Origin: Chrysomallon squamiferum
Lineage: Eukaryota; Animalia; Mollusca
Assembly: GCA_012295275.1 (NCBI GenBank)
Contig: CM022669.1
Location: 15,748,001 to 15,812,000 of the forward strand
Direction: 5' to 3'
Length of the DNA: 64,000 nucleotides
Shown: in pieces, positions 30,123-42,264 of the stretch
Position numbering within the stretch: position 1 is the stretch's first letter
Layout of the letters: the number at the start of each line of letters is the position of its first letter
The notes under the pieces: generated by a model
What the model was told of the DNA's origin: nothing
Database searches by the model: none
Seen by the model: the letters and a program-made list of their open reading frames with translations, nothing else
Made by a program: the position numbers and the translations under genes

Positions 30123-31660
30123 CTATTGTATAACCTACAACCGACAGTTAAAGCAACAGCAGATAAAAAAGTTAAAAAAATAAAATAAAATAAAAAAAAA
30201 AAAAAGAAGAAGAAGAAGAAGAAGAAGAAAAAACAATATATATATATATATATGGAAAAAAATAAGTGGTTAAAAAAAAAAAAAGATGAAAAAAGAGAAG
30301 TCTTTTAATTGAAACATTGTTCGACGGCTGTGAATCGACACTGAAGATGTTGAGACTTGCACACAGAAACATGACGTTTTGTTTTCTCTCTCAACACGAG
30401 GTTTTGACACGACTGCTTATCCAGACATTAATGCAGTTTCGAGTTTCCGCGTGCGAGAACTTTCCTGCGTTCAATAATATTGTCGTTTCTTCTCTGATTG
30501 TAAGAACAACACAACTCTGCTGTGCTTTGCTGTTTGGTGCGTGTGATCCGGAGCAGAGATTGGAACGGAATCTGAGACGGTATCTACATAATGTTACTCG
30601 TGGTATTGTAAATACCTATAAGCATTTTTTAACACGTGAACCATAAACCGGACTGACTTCGTTTTTTTTAATATTCTTTTTCATTTCTGTTTTAGGGGAA
30701 AAATAAAATTTAAAAATTAAGAAAAAATGAAGACAAGAAAATTATTTAATATTTGCGATATCTTTCTTCTTTATAGTGCTAATGTGTTTATTGGTATTTT
30801 AATTATATTTGTTTGTAAAAATATATTAAAATCTGAAAAGGGAAAGCATAAATACAGATATACCTATGTAAAAAATATAGATTTTTTTTTTTTACATTTT
30901 TAAACACAAACATCTTCAAAAACAGTCGGACATATAGTCAGTTAGGTAGAAAATCAAACTCACAGACAAACAGAAAGACAAACCACACACATTAAAAGTG
31001 ACAATACTAATAAATCTATAAAATAAACAGACAAACAAAAAAACAAACAAACAGACAAACAAACAAACAATCAAACAAACAAATAAAAAATAAATAAATA
31101 CGTAAATAAATAAATAAATAAAGCGATACACACTTCTGTACATGTTTTATTTAAATAAAGTGAAATATGTTGTACATTTGGTAAATCCATTCTAAATTAA
31201 ACAAGTATTAACAATCTACATTAATTATTACAGAACTGAACAAATACGGTGAATTCACAGTATTTACATATTAGTATACTATTAAACGTATGAAACCTAT
31301 TTATTTAAGTGATCAGTTATTTGTTTATTATTTTGTTCGGTTGGATATTTCTTACTCTTTTATTTATCTTATATGTGTATAAAATCATATCATATGATAA
31401 TATTATATCATTTAATTATTCTGTATCGTATCATTTCATTTTACGGTATCTTATGGTTTTTATATCGTGTGGTATCTATTTTGAGATATCGTAGTAATTT
31501 AATGCCATTTGTTTTATGATTATAATTATAACGTATGAAATCATATCGAATCATACCATAAATAACATATCGTATCATATATATGATATACCTTATCGAC
31601 TGCTATACCTAGTATCATACTGTAATTAACCGTGCCATATTTTATCATGACATTTTAATA

Positions 31661-31705
31661 TATAACATCGTTCCGTTTTGTAAAGATTTTGCTGTAAATT
31701 CGTGA

Positions 31706-31740
<35 letters not shown>

Positions 31741-31851
31741 TTCTTTCATTACTTTTTCGTATGCGTTTTATTTTTTATTGTTTTTAATTTAATTTAAAAA
31801 CAAATAAAATAAAATATATAAATAAAATTTTATAACACCGTTCCGTTTTGT

Positions 31852-31882
<31 letters not shown>

Positions 31883-31960
31883 TTGAAAATTCAATCATTA
31901 CCTTTTCGTATACGTTTTATGTTTTATTATCGTTGTTTTTTTAAAATTTAATTAATTAAA
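31661..31960. repeat. Diverged ~170-bp tandem duplication
   Basis: TATAACA(T/C)CGTTCCGTTTTGTAAA...polyA...TCATTAC(T/C)TTTTCGTAT(G/A)CGTTTTAT is present twice. Confidence 0.85.
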
Positions 31961-32251
31961 AAAAATTATCCAGGTATATTATATGTGTGTATTCATATAT
32001 GGATGTGATTATGTTTATGAATGTTAATGTGTATTTAAATGTGTCTGTTGTCCTATGTTTATTTGTCCTATTAATACAGGTTAAAATTATGTATTCAGTG
32101 TTGTTACATATTTATATTTGAAGAACTGATAAAAAAAATAATAATAATAACAATAAATAAATAAAAATATATATATAAAAATACAAAATATTGTAAAAAC
32201 AAAAATACAAAATAATAACAATAAATCGTAGAATTAGTAATAGCAGTAGTG

Positions 32252-32301
<50 letters not shown>

Positions 32302-34636
32302 GAAAAGGATGTAAGCCTTTTTGCATTATCAGTATAAAAATATTCGCTGGTCCTCTTACTTTAGGATATTTGTGATTTTACAAGAAATTGTTTGTCATCA
32401 TGAATCAGTGGTTAATTAGTCAGTACATCATACTCAGTTTTGACAAAAATGGATATAAATCCTTCTGCAACTGAATTGCTGATATTTAGTAAGAACCGAT
32501 GTGAGAGTTTGAAAATATTTTTTTTTTATCTCGAATGATTCAGCAGAAAACAGAAAAAAAAAAAAAAAAAAATAGAAAGAGAGAGAAAAAATATAATAAA
32601 AACAAAAAAAAAAAAAAAAAAAAATATGTTTAGAATAATAAATAAGAAAAAAAAAAAAAAATGAAAAAATGAAAAAAAAAAAATAAATAATGAAATAAAG
32701 TGGAAGAGTATTAAAGTAAATTAAAATGAAATAATATAAATGTTGAACAATCAGTGTATATATTAATATTAAAATACAAAATAATTATTGCACATAGAGT
32801 AACCTACGGTCTAAACTATAATATCAAAAGTGAATAAATAACTCAAAATATCTTCACATTTCAAAGAAACGTGCATTTGACATTCATCATTTTTCAAAAA
32901 CTGGACATTTTTCGTCTTTAATTTGTTAGACAGACATATCTAATCTACGTATTAACATTCAGTTTCACGTTTCTGTCTGTCTTGTCCGATTTTCAGCAAT
33001 TCCATTATCGTAATTTTCAACTGTTAGGTTTACATGCGCTTTTCTCCTTTCAGAAACCTGTAGTCCATAATTACAGAGCAACACAAACATCAGTAACGAA
33101 ATCTCTTGTAGTTTAGCGATTCCCATTGGGTTCTGAAGAATATTAATGAGAAATGCTTCAGAGTTATTTCAGATTATTTTGAATTTCTCCAGTTTCTATT
33201 GGTGTTTCAAACCGCTGATTATCTGGATAGAAAAAAAGATGAAGAAGAAAAAAAAAAAGAATACCGAAAACCAAAAAAAGAAAACTGAAAGAAAAAAAAA
33301 AAAAAAAACACGTTCTTTTTTTTTTTTTTTTTTTTTTCAAAATGTTTGTAATTCAAATGCTCAGATAATAACACACTGGCCTGGACTCGGCCACTGACTT
33401 CCATTTCACGAACAGACGACAGACCATGTAATATATCCGTCTGCTTCTGGCCTTCGGATTGAAGCAACTCGCACGAGCGAACACAGCTCTTATGACAAGT
33501 CGCAGACGACAGAGATGCATCTGTGACACAGTTATCAATTTCATCATCGCTCATAAATAATGGCGGAGCTTCTTGAAGAGGGCTTACCGAAATGATTGAT
33601 AGTCTCTACAGAATGTCGAGATATTCGAAAACTTAATTAAAACTTTTGCAACAATAAACCCCTCAAAGTCTTGACAGCTTCCATTTCCTCTTTCGTCTTT
33701 CTTCTTTTTTGCGTCTTTTTACTTCTGTTTCTTTTATCCAGTTATTTTTCTCTCGTTTTCATTCCTTAAATGTAATCTATATTGACACCGTGCTACAGTT
33801 TTTTAATTATTTTTTTTTCTCTTTTTATCTTTGCACTCCTTCAGTAAATGTAACTCCAACTGACTCACTGCCTTTTTAAACTGATATCTTGAATTTTTTT
33901 TTTAGCAGATATTAATTTCATAAAAAAAAAAAAAAAATAAATGGAGACGTTACTAATCATAATTATGTATATAAAATAAATACAGTACATTACTGTTATT
34001 TAACTAATTTGATCCCTATGAACGTAACGATGATATATTATTTTTTTGTTATTTTTTTTTTGTTGGGGGTTCAAAAAATAGTACTTTAATTTTAAACAGA
34101 CTGGTTCTCTTTCACTTTGCACAGTTCTAAGAAGACATCCACTTAATCAAGCAGTTTGTTTTTATTCTTGTACACTTTTTACAGTCTGCATTTATCAGTA
34201 AGTATAATTAGAGATAATTGCCTCCATAATTTCATACGACATTGACTAAACGTTGCTTGAATGTTCATTATTTCAAACAGATGGATACTGTGTTTTTCTT
34301 TATTAATTACTCGCTGTATATTTCTGATTACGTTTAGCAGATTCTCTTCGTTTAATTTTTTTTTAGGGTGGTACAAAATTCTTGACATAACACTGATGTG
34401 AACGTTGAACTTCTTTGCCATCTGGTTACTATTATTTGACGAATATGTGTAGTCGTACACCATACAATGCAAGTTTCTCTTCAACTTTTTGCGATTTTGC
34501 ATATAATGCAATTAGTTATTATTTATACAGTCTGTACTTTCTCATCTGTATAACGTCTCTTCTTTTGAAACATAGCATGTGGTCATTGAAGAATACGTTT
34601 AAAAATGTTTTATGGGCGAATATATGGTTTTAGTTA

Positions 34637-34687
<51 letters not shown>

Positions 34688-34792
34688 GTTGGATGCACAC
34701 ATAACGTTAACCCCGTAGGACAAATCTTAGACTAGTCCATGATATGTATCCCTGAGTAAATTATGCACAACCCTGACTCAGTGACGTGTAGG

Positions 34793-34905
34793 TCACGTGT
34801 GTATTGAAACAATGACGTATGACACGACGAGTAGAAGCCACTGAGGGAAACTGATGTCGGATGAAGCGCGTGGATTGTCCCCAAATCTTTCATGGTCCTT
34901 CATAT
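34793..34905 (-). CDS. Terminal coding exon with GPI-anchor-type signal (DMKDHERFGDNPRASSDISFPQWLLLVVSYVIVSIHT*)
   Basis: Acceptor tttattttttctcag, in phase with upstream exons. Small residues (N/A/S/S), a spacer, then a hydrophobic C-terminus with no cytoplasmic tail. Stop TGA at 34795-34793. Confidence 0.8.
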
Positions 34906-35036
34906 CTGAGAAAAAATAAAATGAGATCATACAGTTTGAAAAAGGAAAAACAAAAAAAACAACAACAAATAAACAAAAAAACAAACAAAAACAATAACAA
35001 AACATCAACACCACCACCACTACCACTACCACCAAC

Positions 35037-35091
<55 letters not shown>

Positions 35092-35164
35092 TAAATAAAT
35101 AAATAAATAAGCACAAGAAAAGAAAATGTCACGGTGGAATACAGGGAAAACATTACACATATTG

Positions 35165-35206
<42 letters not shown>

Positions 35207-35340
35207 AAATAAAGAAAAAACTATTTAAAATTGACACATTAGCTTTTACACATGTGTACCAGACTTTTAGCGGAAAACTACTGCCAGCCATAAAAAGAAG
35301 AGAAATATTTGAGAAAGACTTAATTTTTTTTTTATTTATT

Positions 35341-35394
<54 letters not shown>

Positions 35395-35755
35395 TTAAAA
35401 ATTTAAACTTATTAACAACGTGCATTTGTTAAGCATTAAAAGTTTTGTTCGATAACTTCCTCCATGTTGGTGTTTGCCAAACTGATTTCAGCGAAGGTCA
35501 GTAACCAGTTCACGTTCAACATCTCATTAAGATTAAAAGCTGAGATTAAGATGTCAAAGCGAGGCTTTTTTAACACGTCCCTCAAAACGGGAGAGAGAGA
35601 GAGAGAAAATTTCGTTTTGCTCGTGGTTTGCAAGATGTCAAAAGAGGGAAAATAAATTATCCAGAACAAACCAAGATTATCAGCATCTCTGAGCTCACGA
35701 TCCGAAAACGTTTTTAATAAATATCTGTGATGACATCCTTTCATTAACAGATACA

Positions 35756-35789
<34 letters not shown>

Positions 35790-36278
35790 AATGTATATAT
35801 ATGCATATGATATGTATGTATGTATGCATGTAAGTATGTATGTATATATATATGAATGCATGCATACATGTGTGTGTATGTATGTATATGTGTGAGTATG
35901 TATGTATGTGTGTTTGTATATGTGTGTAAGACACAGTCTGTATAAAAGGATATAACTAAATTTAGGAAATGATATGCTACATATAAAGATATAATTACAC
36001 TGATAGCTCTTGAATAAGGCGTAGACATTTTAGTAAATAAGAGGATGAAATGTAAATTATTGGCTGGCATACAACAGAGATAACTGGAACAAACGTACGG
36101 ATCATGTAAGTAAACGAAAATAAATAAATAAACAAATAAATAAATAAACAAACAAATAAATAAATAAATAAATAAGTAAGTAAGTAAGTAAATGGGAGAC
36201 AAGTAAATGAATGAATAAAATATAAGTAAACAAGTAAACAAGTAAACAAGTAAACAAACAAACAAACAAACAAACAAA

Positions 36279-36309
<31 letters not shown>

Positions 36310-36415
36310 ATAGAAACTGAATATTAGTAATCTGCATTTTATAATCATGCATATGGTAAATATGATTCAGTATATAGCTAGCTGGTATTTTGATTAAAAC
36401 TAATTTTGTACATAC

Positions 36416-36439
36416 CTCTCTTGTGATTATTGGTCTCAG
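36416..36439 (-). CDS. 24-nt in-frame microexon (TETNNHKR, juxtamembrane stalk)
   Basis: Long polypyrimidine tract ending cctatttcag, donor GAG|GTATGT, symmetric phase 1-1, open frame. TGCATG lies ~65 nt downstream. Confidence 0.75.
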
Positions 36440-36628
36440 CTGAAATAGGAAAAAAAAAACAAAAAAAAGAAGAAGAAGAAGAAGATGAAGATAAAACGTT
36501 ATTGAATATCAGTAAAATGTTGGCTATTTATCGTTTAAAAAAAAAAAAAAAATAATAATAAATTCTTCAAATAAAGTAATATTTTTGTTATATTTTTGAC
36601 ATAACGGATAAAACGAGGAAATACTTAC

Positions 36629-36639
36629 TCTCTCTGTCA
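36629..36639 (-). CDS. Candidate 11-nt frameshifting microexon
   Basis: Sequence catcatctttatag|TGACAGAGAGA|gtaagtat between the Ig2 exon and the 24-nt microexon. Confidence 0.3.
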
Positions 36640-36737
36640 CTATAAAGATGATGTTCGTAAAACAGTACATTTTCTCAAGCGGAATATTAATCAGCAATTA
36701 ATGAATTATTAATATCATCATAATGAATATCATTTTC

Positions 36738-36785
<48 letters not shown>

Positions 36786-37000
36786 TAACTTCTTTGCTAG
36801 CTTTGTATTATATTAATTATATCTTAAAACTGACCTTTCTAAAATAACGACTTTAGTTTATATAGTTTTGTACTATATATATTTCATAAGGCTTTATGCA
36901 TTTGTTTAAAGCAATATTAGATATATTATGATACATTACGCCACCCACTGTAATTTTCCCAGACGTAGATAATAAAATTGTCGTATTTAACGCTACTCAC

Positions 37001-37285
37001 TGTTCAGTACGTTGACCTTTGAACTCGTAATCTGTCTGTTTGACGTACGACAGACGTACGTACCGGCGTCGCCCATGTCGGCTCGTTCTATGGCCAGCTG
37101 GCTGGTGATGGTGCGTTCGGCCAGGGAGACGTCAATGGATATGTGACGTCGTACGTCTGACGTCATCTTTATTCCGTCCTTGAACCAATCAATTACGTCG
37201 GGCGGATAGCCGTCCCCTGTGGCGTTGCAAGTCAGTTTCATGGTGTTGCCTTTCTCCACGTACGTTGATCCCGATATTGTGATGT
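37001..37285 (-). CDS. Dpr/ZIG-8-like protein, Ig2 exon
   Basis: Acceptor tacttacag with GCTAAC branch-point match (37306-37301), donor ACA|GTGAGT, 285 nt phase 1-1. ITISG..YVEKG..MKLTCNATG..PP..IDWFKDG...SQLAIERA.MGDAGTYVCRTS has the canonical Ig Cys/Trp and D-x-G-x-Y-x-C motif. Confidence 0.95.
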
Positions 37286-38024
37286 CTGTAAGTATATACA
37301 GTTAGCTCAGCTGATACCTTTCGAATTAAGATGCATGGTGATTGATGTAGAAGAAGGACTAGTGGTAGTAGTAGCAGCAGCAGCAGTAGTAGTAGTAGTA
37401 ATGGTAGTAATAGTGACAAGAGTAGCACAGTTGTTGTAGTTATGTTAAGTAGTGCTGGTACTGGTAAAAACAGTAGTAGTGGTTGTAGTTGTGGTAGTAC
37501 TGGTAATAGTTGTAGTAGTGGTTGTAGTTGTGGTAGGAATGTTAGAAGGTGTGATAGGAACGCATGTAGTTGTGATCGTAGTTATAGTAATAATAGTAAT
37601 TGCAGTAGTAGTAGTAGTAGTAGCAGGAGTAGTAGTAGTGGTAATGGTTGTAGTAGTAGCAGTAGTACCAATAATAGTAGAAAGTGTAATATGAGAATTA
37701 GTAGCAGTTGTAGTTATTGTTTTAGCAGTATATAGTCCAACAGCTAGGCAAAAAGCTCATTAAATACATTATATTCCAAAAGCATATCTAGATGACATAA
37801 TTTCATATTTCATCCGTTTTCTCCCCATGTTGAAAATAACCAAATACATGCACACATACTCACAATATATACATACAGATACACACAAATATGCGCACAC
37901 ATATACATACGGACACTGAGACATACATAGATGTACATACAGAGAGAAAAAAATGGCATTATTAAATGGAAAACAAACATGAGCAAGACAAAAGTATGTA
38001 ACATTAACAAGACAAAAGTATGTA

Positions 38025-38064
<40 letters not shown>

Positions 38065-38550
38065 TTTGTGTGTGTGTTTGTGTGTGTGTAAGTGTGGGCA
38101 CATTATGCTTGTAATTCAGTAATATTTCTCGATGTTCTTAATTTTACATTTAAAATACAGATAATTTTAAAATAATCGCTTTACAAACACTGTTACTTAA
38201 AACCGTCACATAAATCATCATCGAGCACAGAACACCACCAACACTGCAATAAAAATGTTTTTTGAAAATTCCTTTAAATTGGAAACTATTGGTGTTGGAA
38301 ACGAGTAATCTTCTACGTGCTGGAAATGCAATGACTGCTCTATTCGGAATTCCTCCAAAAAGAAATCAAAGAAATGTGTTGCCAATGAAAAAAAAAAAAA
38401 AATCTTGAAAAAAGTTCTAGCAGCCTGCAAAGCACTGTCGGCAATCAAACGACTTATCTTTGTTTGAAGACAGGCAATTGGAAATCAGAGAGGAAGTTTC
38501 AGCAATTCAGACTTTCAGTGAACCAGAGAGTTCGTTTTACTTCAGAATCA

Positions 38551-38589
<39 letters not shown>

Positions 38590-38713
38590 TACTACTACTA
38601 CTACTTTCAGTTCCATGTTGTTGTTTTTTTTATCATACATATCGTTTTATATATTGTGTAGATATTCATTAGCGTTTCAGTATTTTCGTCATTATGCTTT
38701 TATTTTGTATAAT

Positions 38714-38746
<33 letters not shown>

Positions 38747-39308
38747 GTTCATTGTTTATTGCATATGTATATATATTTGGCTAAAAATACAACCAAAAAA
38801 ACCCAAACAAACAACAAAACAAACAAAAACCAAACAAACAAATATCAATTTTTTTCATTCTTCATTTTTGGATAGATAATTTTAACTCATTTTTTTCAGT
38901 TCTTATTGTTTTATAATATTATCTAAAATTTATCCTTATATTTTTATTTTTATTTTCAATAACTTATTTTCTCGATTTTCGAAGATTTATTTAACATATA
39001 TATACAATTATATATATATTTTTTTCTTCTTCTTTTTCACTTTTAAGTATTATATATCTTTCAAACTATTTTCTTTTTCTATCATTTTATTTTTAATAGA
39101 TATTCTTTCCTTAACACCGACTTTGATATTTGTAGCTAAAATGGCTTCGTCCATCACAACAGGAAATGTTCTCCAATTCTTGAACAGAAAAAGTTTGACG
39201 CGAATGAAATCTAGCGGATAATCTAAAAAGATTTATTTAGATAAGCTGTTTTCTGACAAAACTGATTCATGCTTGCACGGATTATAACTGATTAGAGGCG
39301 CTGCTTAC

Positions 39309-39347
39309 CAGTAGGGCACTCATTCAAAATATCCAAGTACACGAGTA
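39309..39347 (-). CDS. Candidate 39-nt alternative cassette exon in the Ig1-Ig2 linker ((I/V)LVYLDILNECPT)
   Basis: Acceptor cctttgcttcgctacttag (contains UGC), donor CTG|GTAAGC, phase 1-1 and open. GCATG lies ~35 nt downstream. Confidence 0.35.
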
Positions 39348-39415
39348 CTAAGTAGCGAAGCAAAGGACAACCGATCCAAAGAAAACAGAACGATATTTTA
39401 GAATGAAATAAGAGA

Positions 39416-39458
<43 letters not shown>

Positions 39459-39749
39459 GTGTGTGTAAAGAGAAATATAGATGATAGATACATATATACA
39501 CATACACACATTGATAGATATTTAGAGACATAAAATCTATACATACATACATACAAAGATAAAAAAAAATAAGTATTAATGTACAAACAATAAATATATC
39601 CTATAATCAGAACAACAAAGACGACAGTGACAATGAAGATAATAACAAGAATGACAAAAACAATAACAAAAGCAACAGTAACAATAAACATCAATAATGT
39701 GCAATTACAATTAAATTAAATACAACAACAATATTTTAATAATACTTAC

Positions 39750-39779
39750 TTGGCATCAACATAGACTGTTTCTCGGAAT
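39750..39779 (-). CDS. 30-nt in-frame microexon (inter-Ig linker DSEKQSMLMP)
   Basis: Strong polypyrimidine acceptor ctgttttgtttttttcag and donor CAA|GTAAGT. Symmetric phase 1-1 with no stop. Confidence 0.7.
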
Positions 39780-40084
39780 CTGAAAAAAACAAAACAGAAT
39801 ATAAATATTTTATCATATTTGTTTATTGACTTAAAAGAAATCTGGAATAGAAAAGACAATATTAAATAATGAAAGATGTATCAAATCTTAAATATCAAAA
39901 TAAAGGAATGTCAATGAAACAATATATCGAATGTAATTCACAAATGTACAAAATAAAATAATAATTATTTTAATTATTTTAACAAAATGGAAAAGACGAG
40001 AATTTAATGATGAAAATATTGTTAGAATTAAATAAATCAATAAATAAGTGAATATACGTGTGTGTGTGTGTGCGTGTGTGTGTT

Positions 40085-40127
<43 letters not shown>

Positions 40128-40433
40128 CGATTTTAATAGTAGTAATAACAACACATTTTTAAACTTAAAACACTTTACATTAGCAAGTAAGCTCAAAATA
40201 CGCAAGCCAGAAATATTTTCCAAGGTTTTACTTTCAGTTGACAAAATAATTATATCACTGAGCTAACTGGGAACTTGATGGCGACTCCTGGCATCAGTTC
40301 TAATATTCCAGAGACATATCTGTTACAGTGCAATTCAGAATCTGACAAATAACTGATACCATCTTTATGATAAAAATAATTTTCGTCATGATAGACTTTC
40401 GATACAAAGAAAAGAACAGCAACAACAACAACG

Positions 40434-40499
<66 letters not shown>

Positions 40500-41158
40500 G
40501 AAAAAGGCAAGAAATAAAATGATAAAATTAAAAACCTGGCCATGCTCTTAAAAGAAAAAAAAAACGAAGAGTAAGAGCCTAAGCAGCCTTTAAGACCTAC
40601 TTGTATTTTACGCTGCGTTCTAACAAAGAACACTAACAGTAACTTAAGTCATGGACTTTTATTTATTATCCTGAAAACCAAATAATTGTATTTTTTTCAA
40701 TAGGTTGGCCAGCATTTATTGCAAATGTTCTGCCGAAATGTCAACGTTATTACAGACAAGATGTTCACATGCTGAAATAGAGAAATATGTAGTAATCTAA
40801 CTAACGGGAGATATTTACGTCTTTGGCGAGCGCTAATTGAGTTACACTTTTGATTTATTACATTATTTACGGTTTTAAGGCCACTGACATGGTTCGTAGG
40901 CCGTAAAATGGTATTTCTGTGTAAACATCTGGATCGCCAGCGCTTCTGGGCATGTTATTTATTTTAATTTGGTTAAATGATTCAAGTAAATAAGTAAGTA
41001 AGGAAGTAACTAATGCAAATACATCAAAAACATGGTCTCCGCAAATAGTTTAAGATCGACAAGAGCTGATAATGGTGTTGATGTGTTTGATTCTTAAATG
41101 ATCAAAATAATTAAACCAAACAAACACACCCATAATCACAAAACACACACACACACAC

Positions 41159-41194
<36 letters not shown>

Positions 41195-41516
41195 ACACAC
41201 ACACACACACACAATGGAAATAGAACATAAAAGACGGGCTAATCAGTTAACTTACTGACCAAAGATAAAGAAACTAATATATAAATAAATAACAGAAAAT
41301 AAAAAATACCAAATAAAATTAAACATAAACTGAAATTAAAATTAAATAAAATAAACAAGTAAAATAATTGAGTAAGTAAGTAAGTTAATACAACTACAAC
41401 TAAAATACCAACAACTACTAACAACAACAACAATAGTAATAATAACAATCCATAAAATATTTGATATCGTCATTCTTGGTCATTTTGCTATTGGCACATC
41501 TTTGTAAAAAACTCAC

Positions 41517-41730
41517 CTTTAACCTTCAGCAGAACAAGTTTTCTTATGCTTCTTGTTCTAGAGCTGACTTGACACTCGTAAACCCCTGAGTCATCCACTG
41601 TGACGTTCCTGATGTGTAGGTTCCACTCGACTGACAAAGGGTCGTGAACCATTTTGAAACGTTTGTCACCCACGTACGTCATGTGACCAATTGTTAGCGG
41701 GTTTGGATCCGAGGCCAAACGCCATACCAC
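41517..41730 (-). CDS. Dpr/ZIG-8-like protein, exon 3 (second half of Ig1)
   Basis: Acceptor gtttcag, donor AAG|GTGAGT, 214 nt (phase 0 to 1). VVWR, LTIG..TYVGDKRF, WNLHIRNV..DDSGVYECQVS are characteristic of Dpr-family Ig1. Confidence 0.95.
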
Positions 41731-42227
41731 CTGAAACATTCAAGTAAGTAGGTGCATTATAGTACTGATGATGATGATAATGATAATTGTAGTGATAACA
41801 ATAAAAGTAGCAGCAGTAGTAGTAGTGATAAAATGATAATGACACTAACACTAATAATAAAACAATAATGATAAAAATAACAACAATAATAACACTAACA
41901 ATGAATGCAATAGTAATAATAGTAGTAGGAGTAGTGACAGTAATAATGATAACAACAACAGCAACAATAACAACGAAAACAACAACAATGACGACATCAA
42001 CAATAATAAGAATAATAACAAGACTAATGATAATGTTATTATTGATATTTATACTAATACTTATAAGAAGAATGAAGAAGAAGAAGAAAGCATACTGATA
42101 ACGATGGTAGTGATGAAGAAGTAGAACAAAAGTAATGAAAATGAAAACTCCATTTTTGAATGTTGAAATATTTTCCAGTCGTACATTCTGTTAATTAATA
42201 TATGAAAATTGAGGAATTCTACATATG

Positions 42228-42264
<37 letters not shown>

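Noticed and set aside
33219-33554. 111-aa minus-strand ORF as the last exon of the Ig gene
   Set aside because: No clear acceptor, runs into poly-A/poly-T tracts, and lacks a TM or GPI pattern. 34905-34793 fits far better.
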